Part shown: positions 9,796 to 19,911 of the stretch, piece after piece
Layout of the letters: every line of letters begins with the position of its first letter
Numbering within the stretch: position 1 is the first letter of the stretch
From: an uncultured bacterium
GTDB taxonomy: Bacteria > Chloroflexota > UBA5177 > JANWHV01
DNA: 64,000 bases
Assembly (NCBI GenBank): GCA_963827235.1
Contig: CAWHAE010000009.1
Span: 480,001 to 544,000 of the forward strand
Direction: 5' to 3'
Position numbers and translations under genes: made by a program
The notes under the pieces: model-generated
Told to the model about the DNA's origin: nothing
Databases searched by the model: none
What the model saw: only the letters and a program-made list of their open reading frames with translations

Positions 9796-10391
9796 GTGGT
9801 AGCACAGAAGGATCTAGCTCGCCGGCACATGAGCGTTGAGGAATGGCGCCAGCTGCAGCGGACGAGCAACGTCAAATACGAGTACAGCGACGGTCACGTG
9901 TTTGCCATGGCTGGAGGCAGTGCCGACTACTCAACCATTGCCATCAACACCATCCGCGCCGCCCAGGATGCCTTGGCAGAACACCCGCGCCGAGTCTACA
10001 ACTCCGACATTGCAGTGCGTCTGTCCCCGAGCGAGTATCGATCTCCCGATGCAACCGTGACCTGTGACGAGCGGGATCGAGGGCAAGTCACGGAGATATA
10101 GAGAGTCCTCGCGTGATCAGCGAAGTGCTCTCCGAGTCCACGGAAAAGCACGATCGGACGGTGAAGCTCGCGCTCTATCGAAGCTGTCCAAGTGTGCAGG
10201 AGTACATCTTGATCGCCACCGAATATCGGGCTGTGGAGGTCTTCCGTCGCGCTCAACCCCGCTGGACTTACGAGAGATACGGCCCGGAAGAGGCCGTCGA
10301 GCTGGAGAGTCTTGACCTGCGGCAGCCCGTCAGCCAGCTTTACCGGCTGACCGATGTTCCGGACGCGCCTTCCGCAGCACGCCGGCCCTAG
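9796..10391 (+). pseudogene. Uma2 family (DUF820) endonuclease, frameshifted near 10098
   Basis: KYEYSDG.VFAMAGGS, PDATVTC, then EVLSESTEKHDR..K...Y...SVQEYILI in another frame; removing 2 nt in GAGATATAGAG restores EIESPRVI. Confidence 0.8.
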
Positions 10392-11647
10392 TGCCGCTCG
10401 AGCGCGGGCTGCAGCCCGCAAGGCTCGCCGCGCGCCAGGTGCAGCCATCGTGCCGCTCGAGGCACCAGCCACTGTGCTGCCGCCACGCCGGCCATCAGGT
10501 TGAGCAGGGTAGCAGGAACCAGCAGAAAGCGGACGGCCTGCCAGAAGTACGGCAGATAGAGGGCGAGCGTGACGACGAAGGTCACCAGGGTGAACCGGCA
10601 CACGGCGCCCCGCGTGCCTCCCTCGCGCAGGTGGCGGATCGTCCAACCCAATCCCAGCACGCCGGCACCGGGCAGAGCGATCCAGAGCTTAAAGCCGAGC
10701 AGCGCGACGACGTAGAGCAGCGCGTTGGACCAGTGCCATCGCCACGAGAGACCCGAGCGCCCGGCCGGCTGACCGACCACGTAGCGCGGGCGGAAGAAGG
10801 AGCTCAGGCCGGAGCCTGCCGTCGGGCCGGTATGCAGCGCCGCATAGCCTGTGGTCCACGGTGAGCCATACGTTGCCTGTTGCCACAACCCCAGTAGCGC
10901 GACGAGCAGCAGCGCTCCCGCGGCATAGTAAACGGCGCGGTGCCGCGCGTCAGGCAGGGTGGACAGCGCGGCGAGCCCCGCGGCAAGCAAGAGGAGGGTG
11001 GGGAGGCGAATCCACACCAGGCCTCCTGCCAGGAGACCGGCGAACAGCGTGGAAGCAGGTGAGCGGCCGGTGACGAGGACAGCGAGCTCCAGCAGGATAA
11101 GGGTAGCGGTCGGCAGATCGCTCATCACCGTGTGCGCGTAGGTAGCCATGCCGAGCGAGCACAGACAGAACACCGCCGCCACAGGCGCCGCTGCGACATC
11201 CCAGAGCCGCGTCGCCAGCCACGCCGCCAGCACGGCCAAGAGCAGAGCGGAGAGGAAGTTCGTCCATACCGCCGCTGTCACGCCGCCCAGTGCCACGGCA
11301 GGGAGCAACAGCGCCGAGTACCCGGGCGGATAGCGGGGGATATGCGCGACCCGGTTGGAATCGGCCGCGCCCATGGAAGGCGGCCCGATCCATTGCACGG
11401 TGTAGCTGCCGTGGAGCAATGCGGCCGCGCCATAGGCATAGTCGAGCGCATCGGGCACGTCACCCGGCACCGTGCCGGGAGCCACGTGCGGCCGTTCGAC
11501 GACGCCAAACACGACGAGGCACAGCAGAAACGCCGCCACGGCAAAGACAGCGCGGGAAGGTGGGCCACTGAGCATGAATAGACGAGCGGTCACGGCCGTC
11601 ACTCGGCCGCTGTTCGGCGTTCTGTTGCGGATTTCACCTTGTCGCAC
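10388..11647 (-). CDS. Multi-pass membrane protein, GT-C (PMT/ArnT-like) glycosyltransferase-like
   Basis: N-terminal TM then PDALDY; PRYPPGYS; VMSDLP; WIRLP; late RFLLVP motif. Start uncertain. Confidence 0.6.
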   Translation of the reverse strand: MRQGEIRNRTPNSGRVTAVTARLFMLSGPPSRAVFAVAAFLLCLVVFGVVERPHVAPGTVPGDVPDALDYAYGAAALLHGSYTVQWIGPPSMGAADSNRVAHIPRYPPGYSALLLPAVALGGVTAAVWTNFLSALLLAVLAAWLATRLWDVAAAPVAAVFCLCSLGMATYAHTVMSDLPTATLILLELAVLVTGRSPASTLFAGLLAGGLVWIRLPTLLLLAAGLAALSTLPDARHRAVYYAAGALLLVALLGLWQQATYGSPWTTGYAALHTGPTAGSGLSSFFRPRYVVGQPAGRSGLSWRWHWSNALLYVVALLGFKLWIALPGAGVLGLGWTIRHLREGGTRGAVCRFTLVTFVVTLALYLPYFWQAVRFLLVPATLLNLMAGVAAAQWLVPRAARWLHLARGEPCGLQPALERH

Positions 11648-11928
11648 CGTGGTGCCGGCTGCCGCTCAAGACCAAACGAGTGTTTGCTCACGAGATGCGG
11701 CAGCACCTCTGTCTACAAGACAGTGTAGATAAGGTGGAGAGAACGGGCCGCCCGCCGATCCACCCCAGCGTATCTGCATTCCGTGATCCAGGGCTTCGGC
11801 TCGGCGAGCGCGCTTCCGGCCGAAGCAGTTGAGCGCCGTACCAGGTGTGGCAAGGGGCAGCCAGATCGCTCCGGACAGCGGAGAATGGGCGGATCGGCGA
11901 AGCTACTGCGGGAGACCGGGAACGTGCG

Positions 11929-12195
11929 CTAGTCGATGTGCAGACTCTCCGGCCGCCGCGGGTGCGGCGTTTCTTCCGTCCGCTGAATGGCCGCGTCGAT
12001 CAGGGCGCGCACCGCGAGCAGGCGCTCGCGCTGGGCGGCCCGCAGATGCTTCCGCGCCTCAGGGGGCAGCAGGCGGCGCACGATCGAGGCAGGCCAGAGC
12101 GACTCGCGCCGGCGCAGCTCCCGGACCTGATCTTCGAGCCTCCGCAGCTTCTCCTCGAGGCTTTCCGTGACCAAAGGAGCCTCAGGCTGTGCCAT
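11929..12195 (-). CDS. Small helical/coiled-coil protein coupled to the ArsA-like ATPase
   Basis: 88 aa, overlaps the ATPase stop; ARKHLRAAQRERLLAVRALIDAAI. Confidence 0.75.
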   Translation of the reverse strand: MAQPEAPLVTESLEEKLRRLEDQVRELRRRESLWPASIVRRLLPPEARKHLRAAQRERLLAVRALIDAAIQRTEETPHPRRPESLHID

Positions 12196-13363
12196 CTCTC
12201 TTCCCTCCGAACGCGATTGTGAGCTTGGAATCCTGCATGGCCGCCGACTCTATGCGCAGATCGACGAGCACGCGCGGTAACACCAGAGTACGGCGATAGT
12301 TGCCTACCTGCAACAGCAGCTCATCGCCCAGGCGCTTGGCCGTGACCTGCTCCTTGCTCGTGAACGGCAGCATCATCTCGAGCCGGTAGCTACCATCGCT
12401 CTTGAGCACCTCATACGGCCGGCCTCTGGAGTAGAAGTCGCTCGGGTCGTCGTCCTCGAAGATAGCCTCGCCCAGGCGGCGGAGCATGGGCAAGCCGAAC
12501 ACCTCCTGCTCGAAGTACGGCGCCTGCCGGATGGGCAGCGGGGAGAACGCCTCGTCGATGGCCAGCCGGTGGCGGGCCTGTTGCTGCCGCCACGTGGCAA
12601 GATAGCCGTCCTCGGCTCCCTCGGGGAGCATGCGGTTGCAGATCACGAGGTCAATCGCGTAGCCGTAGAGGTTCAGGTAGGTATAGGTCCGCTGCGCTTC
12701 CTTGATCACCATTTTCTCGGCATTGACGACTAGGCGAACGGACGTCAGGTCCGGGTTGGCGAGCAGCTCGTGCATGCGGTCCAGCCTGTGGAACAGCGCC
12801 TCGCCGGCGTCGAACACGTCTCTGGTCGGCACGGGCGCCCCGGTCATCCGGCGCACCACGGGTCCGGTGACCTGCGCCAGGCGCCGCTGCACCGGCAGGA
12901 CCTTCTCCAGCCACCAGCGGGCGCTATCCGGTATTGCCAGCAGACGCAGCGTCTCGCCGGTGGGTGCGCAGTCGATGATGATGGTGTCGAAGCTGCCGGA
13001 GTCGTGATGATCGGAAATCCAGAAGAGGCTGGACAGCTCGTCCATGCCCGGCAGGATAGCCAGCTCCTCGGCCATCACATCGTCCAGGCCGCGCCAGGTA
13101 AACAGTGTGTGCATCCAGTCCTGGATCACGCGGTAGTAGCGGTCGACGTTGTAGTAGACGTCGGTCTCCTGTGCCCACAGATTCGGCGCCACTTGCACGG
13201 GCTCGGGCCCCAGCGGGACGTCAAAGGAGTCCGCCAGGCTGTGCGCGATATCGGTGCTGACCACGATGGTACGCTGGCCACGGTCGGCACAGCGCAGGGC
13301 GGTAGCGGCAGCTGTGCTGGTCTTGCCGACGCCGCCCTTACCCGTATAGAGGATGATTCTCAC
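12182..13363 (-). CDS. ArsA/Get3-family ATPase with C-terminal HSP20-like domain
   Basis: GKGGVGKT, STDIAHSL, PGMDEL, DCAPTGETLRLL, EKMVIKEAQR; C-terminal beta-rich region LPF...GDELLLQVGNYRR.L.LP. Confidence 0.9.
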   Translation of the reverse strand: MRIILYTGKGGVGKTSTAAATALRCADRGQRTIVVSTDIAHSLADSFDVPLGPEPVQVAPNLWAQETDVYYNVDRYYRVIQDWMHTLFTWRGLDDVMAEELAILPGMDELSSLFWISDHHDSGSFDTIIIDCAPTGETLRLLAIPDSARWWLEKVLPVQRRLAQVTGPVVRRMTGAPVPTRDVFDAGEALFHRLDRMHELLANPDLTSVRLVVNAEKMVIKEAQRTYTYLNLYGYAIDLVICNRMLPEGAEDGYLATWRQQQARHRLAIDEAFSPLPIRQAPYFEQEVFGLPMLRRLGEAIFEDDDPSDFYSRGRPYEVLKSDGSYRLEMMLPFTSKEQVTAKRLGDELLLQVGNYRRTLVLPRVLVDLRIESAAMQDSKLTIAFGGKRDGTA

Positions 13364-13578
13364 GTCGTGCTCCCATGATGCTCTACAGGTGAGTGTAGCG
13401 CCCACCCGTCTTCACGAGGTGAGAGAGCGGCCTCGGTCTCCCGTCCGCTCCGAGCACTGAACGGCCCAGTGTGGCTGCCGTGCGCGTCCGCGCGTTGACG
13501 GCCAAGGGCCGGGGTGCTAGTATTGCACCTGTTATCGATACCTGGTATGGATAACAGGAACGGGCCGAGGGAGGCTTT

Positions 13579-15528
13579 ATGAAGAGACTTTCCCTGGCGG
13601 CCGTGGCGGCTTGCCTGCTTCTAGCCCCGACCGCAGCTTCTGCCCCGGCTGCCACGCGGGCCGCCGCGCCCACCGCCACCATCACCGTGCACGCAGGCTC
13701 CAGTGGAGCGCGGATCAGCCCCACGCTGTTCGGCCTCATGTTCGAGGAGATCAACCATTCCGGCGACGGCGGCATCTACGCAGAGCTGCTCCAGAACCGG
13801 GCGATGCGTGACAACCCGCCGTACACCGATCCGTGGACGCTGGAGATGATGGGGCACGCGGCCGCGTCGCTCGATCTCGACGAGCACGACCCCGTCAACG
13901 GCAATCTGCCCGAGAGCTTGCGACTGACCATCTCCCGGCTCGCGGCGGGCGATCGCGCCGGCGTGTCCAACCCCGGCTACTACGGTATGGCGATCCGGCC
14001 GCGCACGACCTATCGCGTCTCGTTCTACGCGCGGAGCGGCGCCGGCTTCGCTGGGCCGCTCTCAGTAGCCCTCGAGAGCTCCGGCAACGCGATTCTGGCC
14101 GCGGCAACGGTCAACGGCGTGGGAAGCCGCTGGCGTCACTACACCCTCACGCTGACCACGAAGCCGACCCTCGTACCCGGCGAGAACAATCACTTCGTGA
14201 TCTCGGCGGCACACACGGGCACCATCTGGTTCAGCCTGGTGTCGCTCTTCCCTCCCACCTGGAACAACCGCCCGAACGGCATGCGCATCGACCTGATGCA
14301 GGACCTGCTGAGCCTGCATCCCGGCTTCCTGCGCATTCCCGGCGGCAACTATCTCGAGGGCCAGACGGTCGACACGCGCTTCATCTGGCAGAACACCCTG
14401 GGCGATCTTGCGCAGCGTCCGGGCCACCAGGACGACGCCTGGGGCTACCGATCCACGGACGGCCTGGGACTGCTGGAGTACCTGGAATGGTGCGAGGACT
14501 TGCACACCACCCCCGTTCTGGCGGTCTACGCCGGCTACTCGCTCTCCGGAAGCTATGTCCAGCCGGGACATGACCTGAAGCCGTACGTCCAGGATGCCCT
14601 GAACGAGATACAGTACGCCACGGGCCCGGTGTCCACCGTGTGGGGTGCGAAGCGTGCCGCCGACGGCCATCCCGCGCCATTCACGCTGCAGTACGTCGAG
14701 ATCGGAAACGAAGACTTCTTCGATCGCTCGGGCAGCTACGACGGGCGCTTCGCCCAGTTCTACGACGCCATCAAGGCAGCGTACCCGTCGATCAAGCTGA
14801 TCTCCACCACTACCGATATCAGCAGCCGCACGCCGGACCTGTTCGACCTGCATTTCTATGAAACGGCCGAGTGGTTTGCCGGCCAGGCCGGCTACTTCGA
14901 CAGCTACAGCCGCAGTGCTCCCAAGGTCATGGTCGGCGAGTACGCGGCGCGGGGCAGCGACGAAAGTATCGGGCAAGGGCAGGCTACGCTCGGCAATGCG
15001 ATCGGCGAAGCTGCCTGGCTCACCGGGCTCGAGCGAAATGCCGACGTCGTGCGCATGGCCTCCTACGCCCCACTGTTCCAGAACCTGAGCAGCTACCAAT
15101 GGAGTCCCGATCTGATCAGCTACGACGCGTTGAACACCGTCCCATCGCCTTCCTACTACGTCCAGCAGCTCTTTGCCTCAAACCACGGAGACGTCGTGGC
15201 GCCGGCTACGGTGAGTCGCGGCGTACCGCTTGCCGTCGTGGCCTCGAGAGACGATCGGCGGAGCACGTTCTACCTGACGGTGGTCAACTCCGGATCCTCC
15301 GCGCTGCGCTGCCGGGTGTCACTCCAGGGCGCGGAGACGATCGCGGGCAGCAGCAAGGTGACCGTGCTGACTGCGAGCAGCACGGATGACCAGAATACGC
15401 TCACTCAGCCGCGCCGGGTCTATCCGGCGACACGTCGGATCGCGACCCCCTCGACATCCTTTACCTTCAGCTTCGCCGCGCATTCGGTCACCGTCCTCCA
15501 GTTTTCTGCCGGCGCGCGGCCCGGCTAA
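13579..15528 (+). CDS. Secreted alpha-L-arabinofuranosidase (GH51)
   Basis: Signal peptide; FEEINHSGDGGIYAEL, LRIPGGNYLEG, VEIGNED, VGEYA, LERNADVV.MASYAPL. Confidence 0.93.
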   Translation: MKRLSLAAVAACLLLAPTAASAPAATRAAAPTATITVHAGSSGARISPTLFGLMFEEINHSGDGGIYAELLQNRAMRDNPPYTDPWTLEMMGHAAASLDLDEHDPVNGNLPESLRLTISRLAAGDRAGVSNPGYYGMAIRPRTTYRVSFYARSGAGFAGPLSVALESSGNAILAAATVNGVGSRWRHYTLTLTTKPTLVPGENNHFVISAAHTGTIWFSLVSLFPPTWNNRPNGMRIDLMQDLLSLHPGFLRIPGGNYLEGQTVDTRFIWQNTLGDLAQRPGHQDDAWGYRSTDGLGLLEYLEWCEDLHTTPVLAVYAGYSLSGSYVQPGHDLKPYVQDALNEIQYATGPVSTVWGAKRAADGHPAPFTLQYVEIGNEDFFDRSGSYDGRFAQFYDAIKAAYPSIKLISTTTDISSRTPDLFDLHFYETAEWFAGQAGYFDSYSRSAPKVMVGEYAARGSDESIGQGQATLGNAIGEAAWLTGLERNADVVRMASYAPLFQNLSSYQWSPDLISYDALNTVPSPSYYVQQLFASNHGDVVAPATVSRGVPLAVVASRDDRRSTFYLTVVNSGSSALRCRVSLQGAETIAGSSKVTVLTASSTDDQNTLTQPRRVYPATRRIATPSTSFTFSFAAHSVTVLQFSAGARPG

Positions 15529-15562
15529 TCGCGGGGCGTGTCGCCGGTATGCGCGCGGTTCG

Positions 15563-17728
15563 ATGAGGATGCGGCTGCGGCCCGCCGGGCACCTGAGCAT
15601 GAGCGCCCTGGTGTGGCTCGGCGCCCTGGTGTGCATCGGGCCCCTGGCCTGGGCCCTCGTCGCGTCGCTCAGCATCGAAGTCGGCTCGCTCTACGCACCG
15701 GGGACCGGCGGCATGCACATGCCGACGATCGACAACTATGTGCGGGCGATCAGGGACCAGCGCCTGTGGACAGGCTTCAAGAATACGGGCATAGAGCTGC
15801 TCATCGTGCTGCCCACGACGCTCTTCTTCTGCCCGCTTGCCGGCTACGGCTTCGCCAAGTTCCAGTTCTCGGCCAAACGCCTGCTCTTCATTCTCATGGT
15901 TCCCACGCTGTTCTCCGTGCCGGTGACGCAGTACGTGCCCCTGCTCGTGGAGATGAACTCGATCGGCTGGGTAGGCACCTACCAGGCGTTGGTCGTTCCC
16001 CTGCTGATCAGCTCTCTCGGAATCTTCTGGATGACGGCGGCGATCACGTCGGTGCCCGACGAGCTCCTCTACGCCGCCCGAGTCGACGGATGCAATAGCT
16101 TCCAGACCTGGTGGCGGATAGTGATGCCGGCGATCCGGCCTTCCCTGGTGAGCCTGGCCTTCGTCACCTTCATCACCGCCTACAACGACTACTACTGGCC
16201 GCTCCTGATCCTGCCGCAGGACAGCATGCACACGGTGCAAGTCGCGCTCCAGGCCGGCTCGGGCTACGGCCAGGGATTCCTCGCGGACATGGTGGTCGTC
16301 TGCATGCCGGCCGTGATCGCCTTTCTGTTCATGCAGCGCTACTTCTTGCGCACGCTGGCGGCGGAACGGCGACCACCGGCGATCGCGGAAAGCGTGCCGC
16401 CGTTCCAGCCGGATTCGGCGGCAGGCCAGGAGCAGCCCGCTGCCGGCGCGTCCGGCGCCCGGTCACCGCGGCGCGCGACCCGGGCCGCGCAGTGCGGCAC
16501 GGTCGTCGCCGCTACGGCTCTGGTCTACGTCCACTCGCTGCGGAACAGCCTGCACCTCGAAGACGTCCTGCGGCTGGTGGGAAACCCGGCGGTCGAGCAT
16601 TTCGCGCCGCTGTGGCGGTATTTCAGCGATCCCGCTGCCAGCTCATCCGTGCCCATCAATCTGCAGTTTCGACCCTTGCTGCCGCTCAGCCTGGCGGCCA
16701 ACCACGCGCTCACCGGCGACGGCGCGACCGGCTATCACCTGGGGAATCTCCTGCTGCTGGCCTGTGCCGGCATCGTCACCTATTACCTGGTGCGGGAGCT
16801 GCTCGGCCGGGCAGTGCCGGCTTTCGCCGAGGGAGACGTCGGCGTGGCGGCCACGGGCGTGGCCCTGCTCTCCTGCCTCCATCCGGCTGCTGCATTGCTG
16901 GTCGACACCGTGTCGGACCGCGCCTTGCTGCTGATGCAGATCTTTCTGGGGGCCGCGCTGCTGCTCTACGTGCGCTCTCGGGCGCCGGGCGCGCGCCGGC
17001 AGGCAGCAGGGCGCTGGCAATGGGAGATCCCGCGGCGCGCGGCCGGGCGGTCGATTCTGATTTGGCCGGTCATCCTTGCTCTGTTCGAGCTGGCCCTGCT
17101 GGCGAAGTCGCAGGCCGTGGTGGCGCCGGCGCTCGTGCTGGCGTTCGAGCTCACTGTAGGGCGGGCTAGCCCGTGGCAGCCCGCACCCTATCTGCGCTCC
17201 CTGCCATTCGCAGGCGTAGCGTGGGCACATCTTGCCTACATCAACGCCTATGTTGGCTATACCGCTCTACCGGACAGCGCCAATGCCGGGTTCGACGCCA
17301 CCTGGAACTACCCGCTCACGCAGATCCGCCTCAGCGCCGTCCACTATCTCGGCAACGTCGTCTGGCCGTTCAACGTGCGCTTGGTTGCGGTAGCGCCCAC
17401 CGCGAGCAGCCTTCTCGACGCCGGCGTGCTGATCGGAGCGGTCGTCATCGTGGGCACGCTGCTGTATGCCTGGCGAGCTCGCCGGTCGCAGCCCCTGCTG
17501 GCATTCTGCTTGCTTGCCTACTGGATCGCGCAGAGCGCGGAGTCGTCGGTAGTACCGATGGCGCGCAATGCGGCCGACTACCGCCCCTACCCGGCCCTGT
17601 CGTACCTCTTCCTGGCCCTGGTGCTGCTTCTGCGCCGGCGACTGAAACCGGCCCAGATCGCTTCCCTGCTGATCCTGCTGGCGGTGTACTTCTCGATCGC
17701 CTCGATCGGCTTGAGCGCGCAGTGGTGA
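15563..17728 (+). CDS. Carbohydrate ABC permease (MalG-type) fused to a TMTC-like GT-C membrane domain
   Basis: N-half: LAGYGFAKFQF, EAA-like DELLYAARVDG, YNDYYWPL. C-half: YVHSL.N.LHLED...NP...FRPL...GYHLGNLLL, LLAKSQAV, WPFN. Confidence 0.75.
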   Translation: MRMRLRPAGHLSMSALVWLGALVCIGPLAWALVASLSIEVGSLYAPGTGGMHMPTIDNYVRAIRDQRLWTGFKNTGIELLIVLPTTLFFCPLAGYGFAKFQFSAKRLLFILMVPTLFSVPVTQYVPLLVEMNSIGWVGTYQALVVPLLISSLGIFWMTAAITSVPDELLYAARVDGCNSFQTWWRIVMPAIRPSLVSLAFVTFITAYNDYYWPLLILPQDSMHTVQVALQAGSGYGQGFLADMVVVCMPAVIAFLFMQRYFLRTLAAERRPPAIAESVPPFQPDSAAGQEQPAAGASGARSPRRATRAAQCGTVVAATALVYVHSLRNSLHLEDVLRLVGNPAVEHFAPLWRYFSDPAASSSVPINLQFRPLLPLSLAANHALTGDGATGYHLGNLLLLACAGIVTYYLVRELLGRAVPAFAEGDVGVAATGVALLSCLHPAAALLVDTVSDRALLLMQIFLGAALLLYVRSRAPGARRQAAGRWQWEIPRRAAGRSILIWPVILALFELALLAKSQAVVAPALVLAFELTVGRASPWQPAPYLRSLPFAGVAWAHLAYINAYVGYTALPDSANAGFDATWNYPLTQIRLSAVHYLGNVVWPFNVRLVAVAPTASSLLDAGVLIGAVVIVGTLLYAWRARRSQPLLAFCLLAYWIAQSAESSVVPMARNAADYRPYPALSYLFLALVLLLRRRLKPAQIASLLILLAVYFSIASIGLSAQW

Positions 17729-17977
17729 GCCGCGCGGCACCTCGCAAGCCCCTCGTTGCGTTGGGATCCAGCTGGACACGCCGCTGTCATGGCAGCGGAC
17801 GGACACCGCGCTGCCGGAGGAGCGCTGCCGATCTGGCTGGACAGCCTACTAAACCCGGTTGTGACCATGCCTGCACGTCTCAGTGGCGCTCACATTGGCC
17901 ATAGAGGATCGCGTAGCGCAGGGCGCGGCCGTCTTCGAGCGAAGGTTCGAGCGCGTGGGCCTATATGTATGGCGGGA

Positions 17978-18847
17978 CTACTCGAGATCGCCTTGCGTAA
18001 CGCCCTGGCCGGTGGTGTACAGCTCTCGGGCAAAGGCGGCGATTCGCGCGCCGGTCTCCCGGGGATACATGTAGCCAAGCATCCCGGCGGTCTCCTCTGC
18101 CAGGCGCTCGAACAGGACAATAGTGGCGAAGAAGGCACGCCAGCCATCGGCACGATCGAAGCGAGAGAAGCAGCTGCCGAGGGCGTGCCAGATGGCGGGA
18201 TCGACCCATTCTCGCATGTGCTTGCCGAGGTAGTACGTGTCGTAGTCCGAGCCGTGCTTGGCCCGGGCGTGCCACTCGATCACCTGTCGCAGCAGCTCGC
18301 GTGTCGACCACTCTCTCTGCTTGACCAGCCACAGCTCCCCACGGCGAAGGTACTTCGGAATATGGTATGCCTCAAACCAGAACTCGTTCACCACGGCGAG
18401 GAAGGCGCGCTCAGAGGGCGCTGCCTGCGGCGCCGGTCGCCCGGTAAACGGCGTAGCGCTCGCTGCGCGCCCATCCTTATCCAGCAAGATCCGGTAACCA
18501 CGATTGTAGAGATCCTCGATGACCGGCCCGCACAGGTCCCGCTCGAACCACGAGGCCGGTGTGATCGAAAAGTCGACCTTCAGGCCGCCCTCGAAGACGA
18601 CAAGCCGGGTTGGCGGGCCGTCGGGCTCGTTGGCGAGTGCGAGATATACCCACACGCCGGCGATCTGGTGAATCCAGGCGTCCGAGTCCGTGTACAGGGC
18701 ACTATCGGCGACGAACATGGCGATATCCAGGTCGGAGAGACCATCGGCATCGCCGTTCACGGCGCCGCGCGAGCCGGTGAGGAGCATGGCGCGGACTGCC
18801 TCCTGTCCCTGTCCCCAAGCCACGAGGGTCTGCAGCAGATCATCCAT
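17978..18847 (-). CDS. Aminoglycoside 6-adenylyltransferase (AadK/ANT(6)) family protein
   Basis: LLTGSR...D.LSDLDI nucleotidyltransferase motif; KVDF; ILLDKDG; NEFWFEAYHIPKYLRRGEL; GKHMREW. Confidence 0.8.
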   Translation of the reverse strand: MDDLLQTLVAWGQGQEAVRAMLLTGSRGAVNGDADGLSDLDIAMFVADSALYTDSDAWIHQIAGVWVYLALANEPDGPPTRLVVFEGGLKVDFSITPASWFERDLCGPVIEDLYNRGYRILLDKDGRAASATPFTGRPAPQAAPSERAFLAVVNEFWFEAYHIPKYLRRGELWLVKQREWSTRELLRQVIEWHARAKHGSDYDTYYLGKHMREWVDPAIWHALGSCFSRFDRADGWRAFFATIVLFERLAEETAGMLGYMYPRETGARIAAFARELYTTGQGVTQGDLE

Positions 18848-18931
18848 GACCACGCTCTTGCGCCCACGATCCAGCAAGGCGCGACACCCAGCCCAATGGC
18901 TGGGGCGCGTAATTGAGGCTGCTCCGGTCCG

Positions 18932-19207
18932 TCAGGGCTGCCGGCTGGTGTGCTGTACACGCAGGACGACTACGCAATCTTCCTCAACTCGATAGATGGC
19001 AAGGTACGGATAGCGGCGCAGTATCAATTCACGCGTACCCACCTTCCTGCCGGGCCGTCCATATGCAGGGTGCAGGCCCAAGCGCTCGATCTGGGCGCGG
19101 ATATCCGCCAGCACCCCATGGGCATGAGCTGGACCGCTCAGTCGGGCGTAATAGGCGTGGATCGCTTCGAGGTTCCGGAGGGCTTGCCGCAGGAAGCAGA
19201 TTACCAC
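18932..19207 (-). CDS. RelE/ParE family toxin
   Basis: ALRNLEAI..Y; HPAYGRPGRKVGTREL...YPYLAIYRV...VLRVQH; GTG start overlaps the antitoxin stop. Confidence 0.85.
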   Translation of the reverse strand: MVICFLRQALRNLEAIHAYYARLSGPAHAHGVLADIRAQIERLGLHPAYGRPGRKVGTRELILRRYPYLAIYRVEEDCVVVLRVQHTSRQP

Positions 19208-19491
19208 GTTTCCTCGGCAACACGTGCACGCGCCTGTGCTAGTGCCGACGGGGTTGTGAGCCGATCTAATGTCACTTCCACCTCTTCCGCCGTAGCCACA
19301 TCGCCTGCGGCCAATTCTGTCAGGCCCGCCTCGATATCCGCGAGCTGCCATCGCTCGCGCTCAAGGTATTCCTTTACGGCTTCGTTGAAGAGATAGTTGG
19401 TGCTGCGGCCCGTGGCTTGGGCAAGCTTGGCCATCTGATCCTTCACATCGGGATCGAGACGCACGCTGAACGTAGTCATCGGCATGGACAT
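19201..19491 (-). CDS. CopG/ribbon-helix-helix antitoxin
   Basis: FSVRLDPDVKDQMAKLAQATGRSTNYL.NEAVKEYL...IEAGL; SD GAGGGAG. Confidence 0.85.
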   Translation of the reverse strand: MSMPMTTFSVRLDPDVKDQMAKLAQATGRSTNYLFNEAVKEYLERERWQLADIEAGLTELAAGDVATAEEVEVTLDRLTTPSALAQARARVAEETW

Positions 19492-19851
19492 ACTCCCTCT
19501 TGGCCATGGTAACACACATGCACACCATGTGCGCCAACGTGTGCAGGGCACCATCGCGACTCGGCTGGCACTGAGCAGTTGCGCATCGATCCCGCACAGG
19601 CGTGATCAGGCACCGTCAGAGACTCCAGGGTCGCATCCTGACGGCGGGTTGTCCGCAGGTGTATAGCACGATATCGCGGGCTCCCAGAGAACAGGTGTAC
19701 GGTAGAGGAGCGGGAGAGAGAATCCCGTGCTGCCGTCGCCGTCGGGCCCGTCCGGATCGAACCGGGTGGTATGGACTGACCGGCGCCGGTCACGCTGATG
19801 CCGGAGGATCTGAGGCAGCGCTCGGCGCGCCGATCCGCCGGCACCGCCTGA

Positions 19852-19898
19852 TGTGCCGTGGCGCCGCTTACCCTCCCCCCTGGCGGCGCCACGGCACA
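19852..19898 (-). terminator. 16-bp perfect inverted repeat downstream of the DUF4037 gene
   Basis: TGTGCCGTGGCGCCGC / GCGGCGCCACGGCACA. Confidence 0.5.
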
Positions 19899-19911
19899 AC
19901 TCCCTCCGGCC

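Noticed and set aside
12182-13363. Arsenic resistance arsA
   Set aside because: Single ATPase domain, HSP20-like tail and no ars operon.
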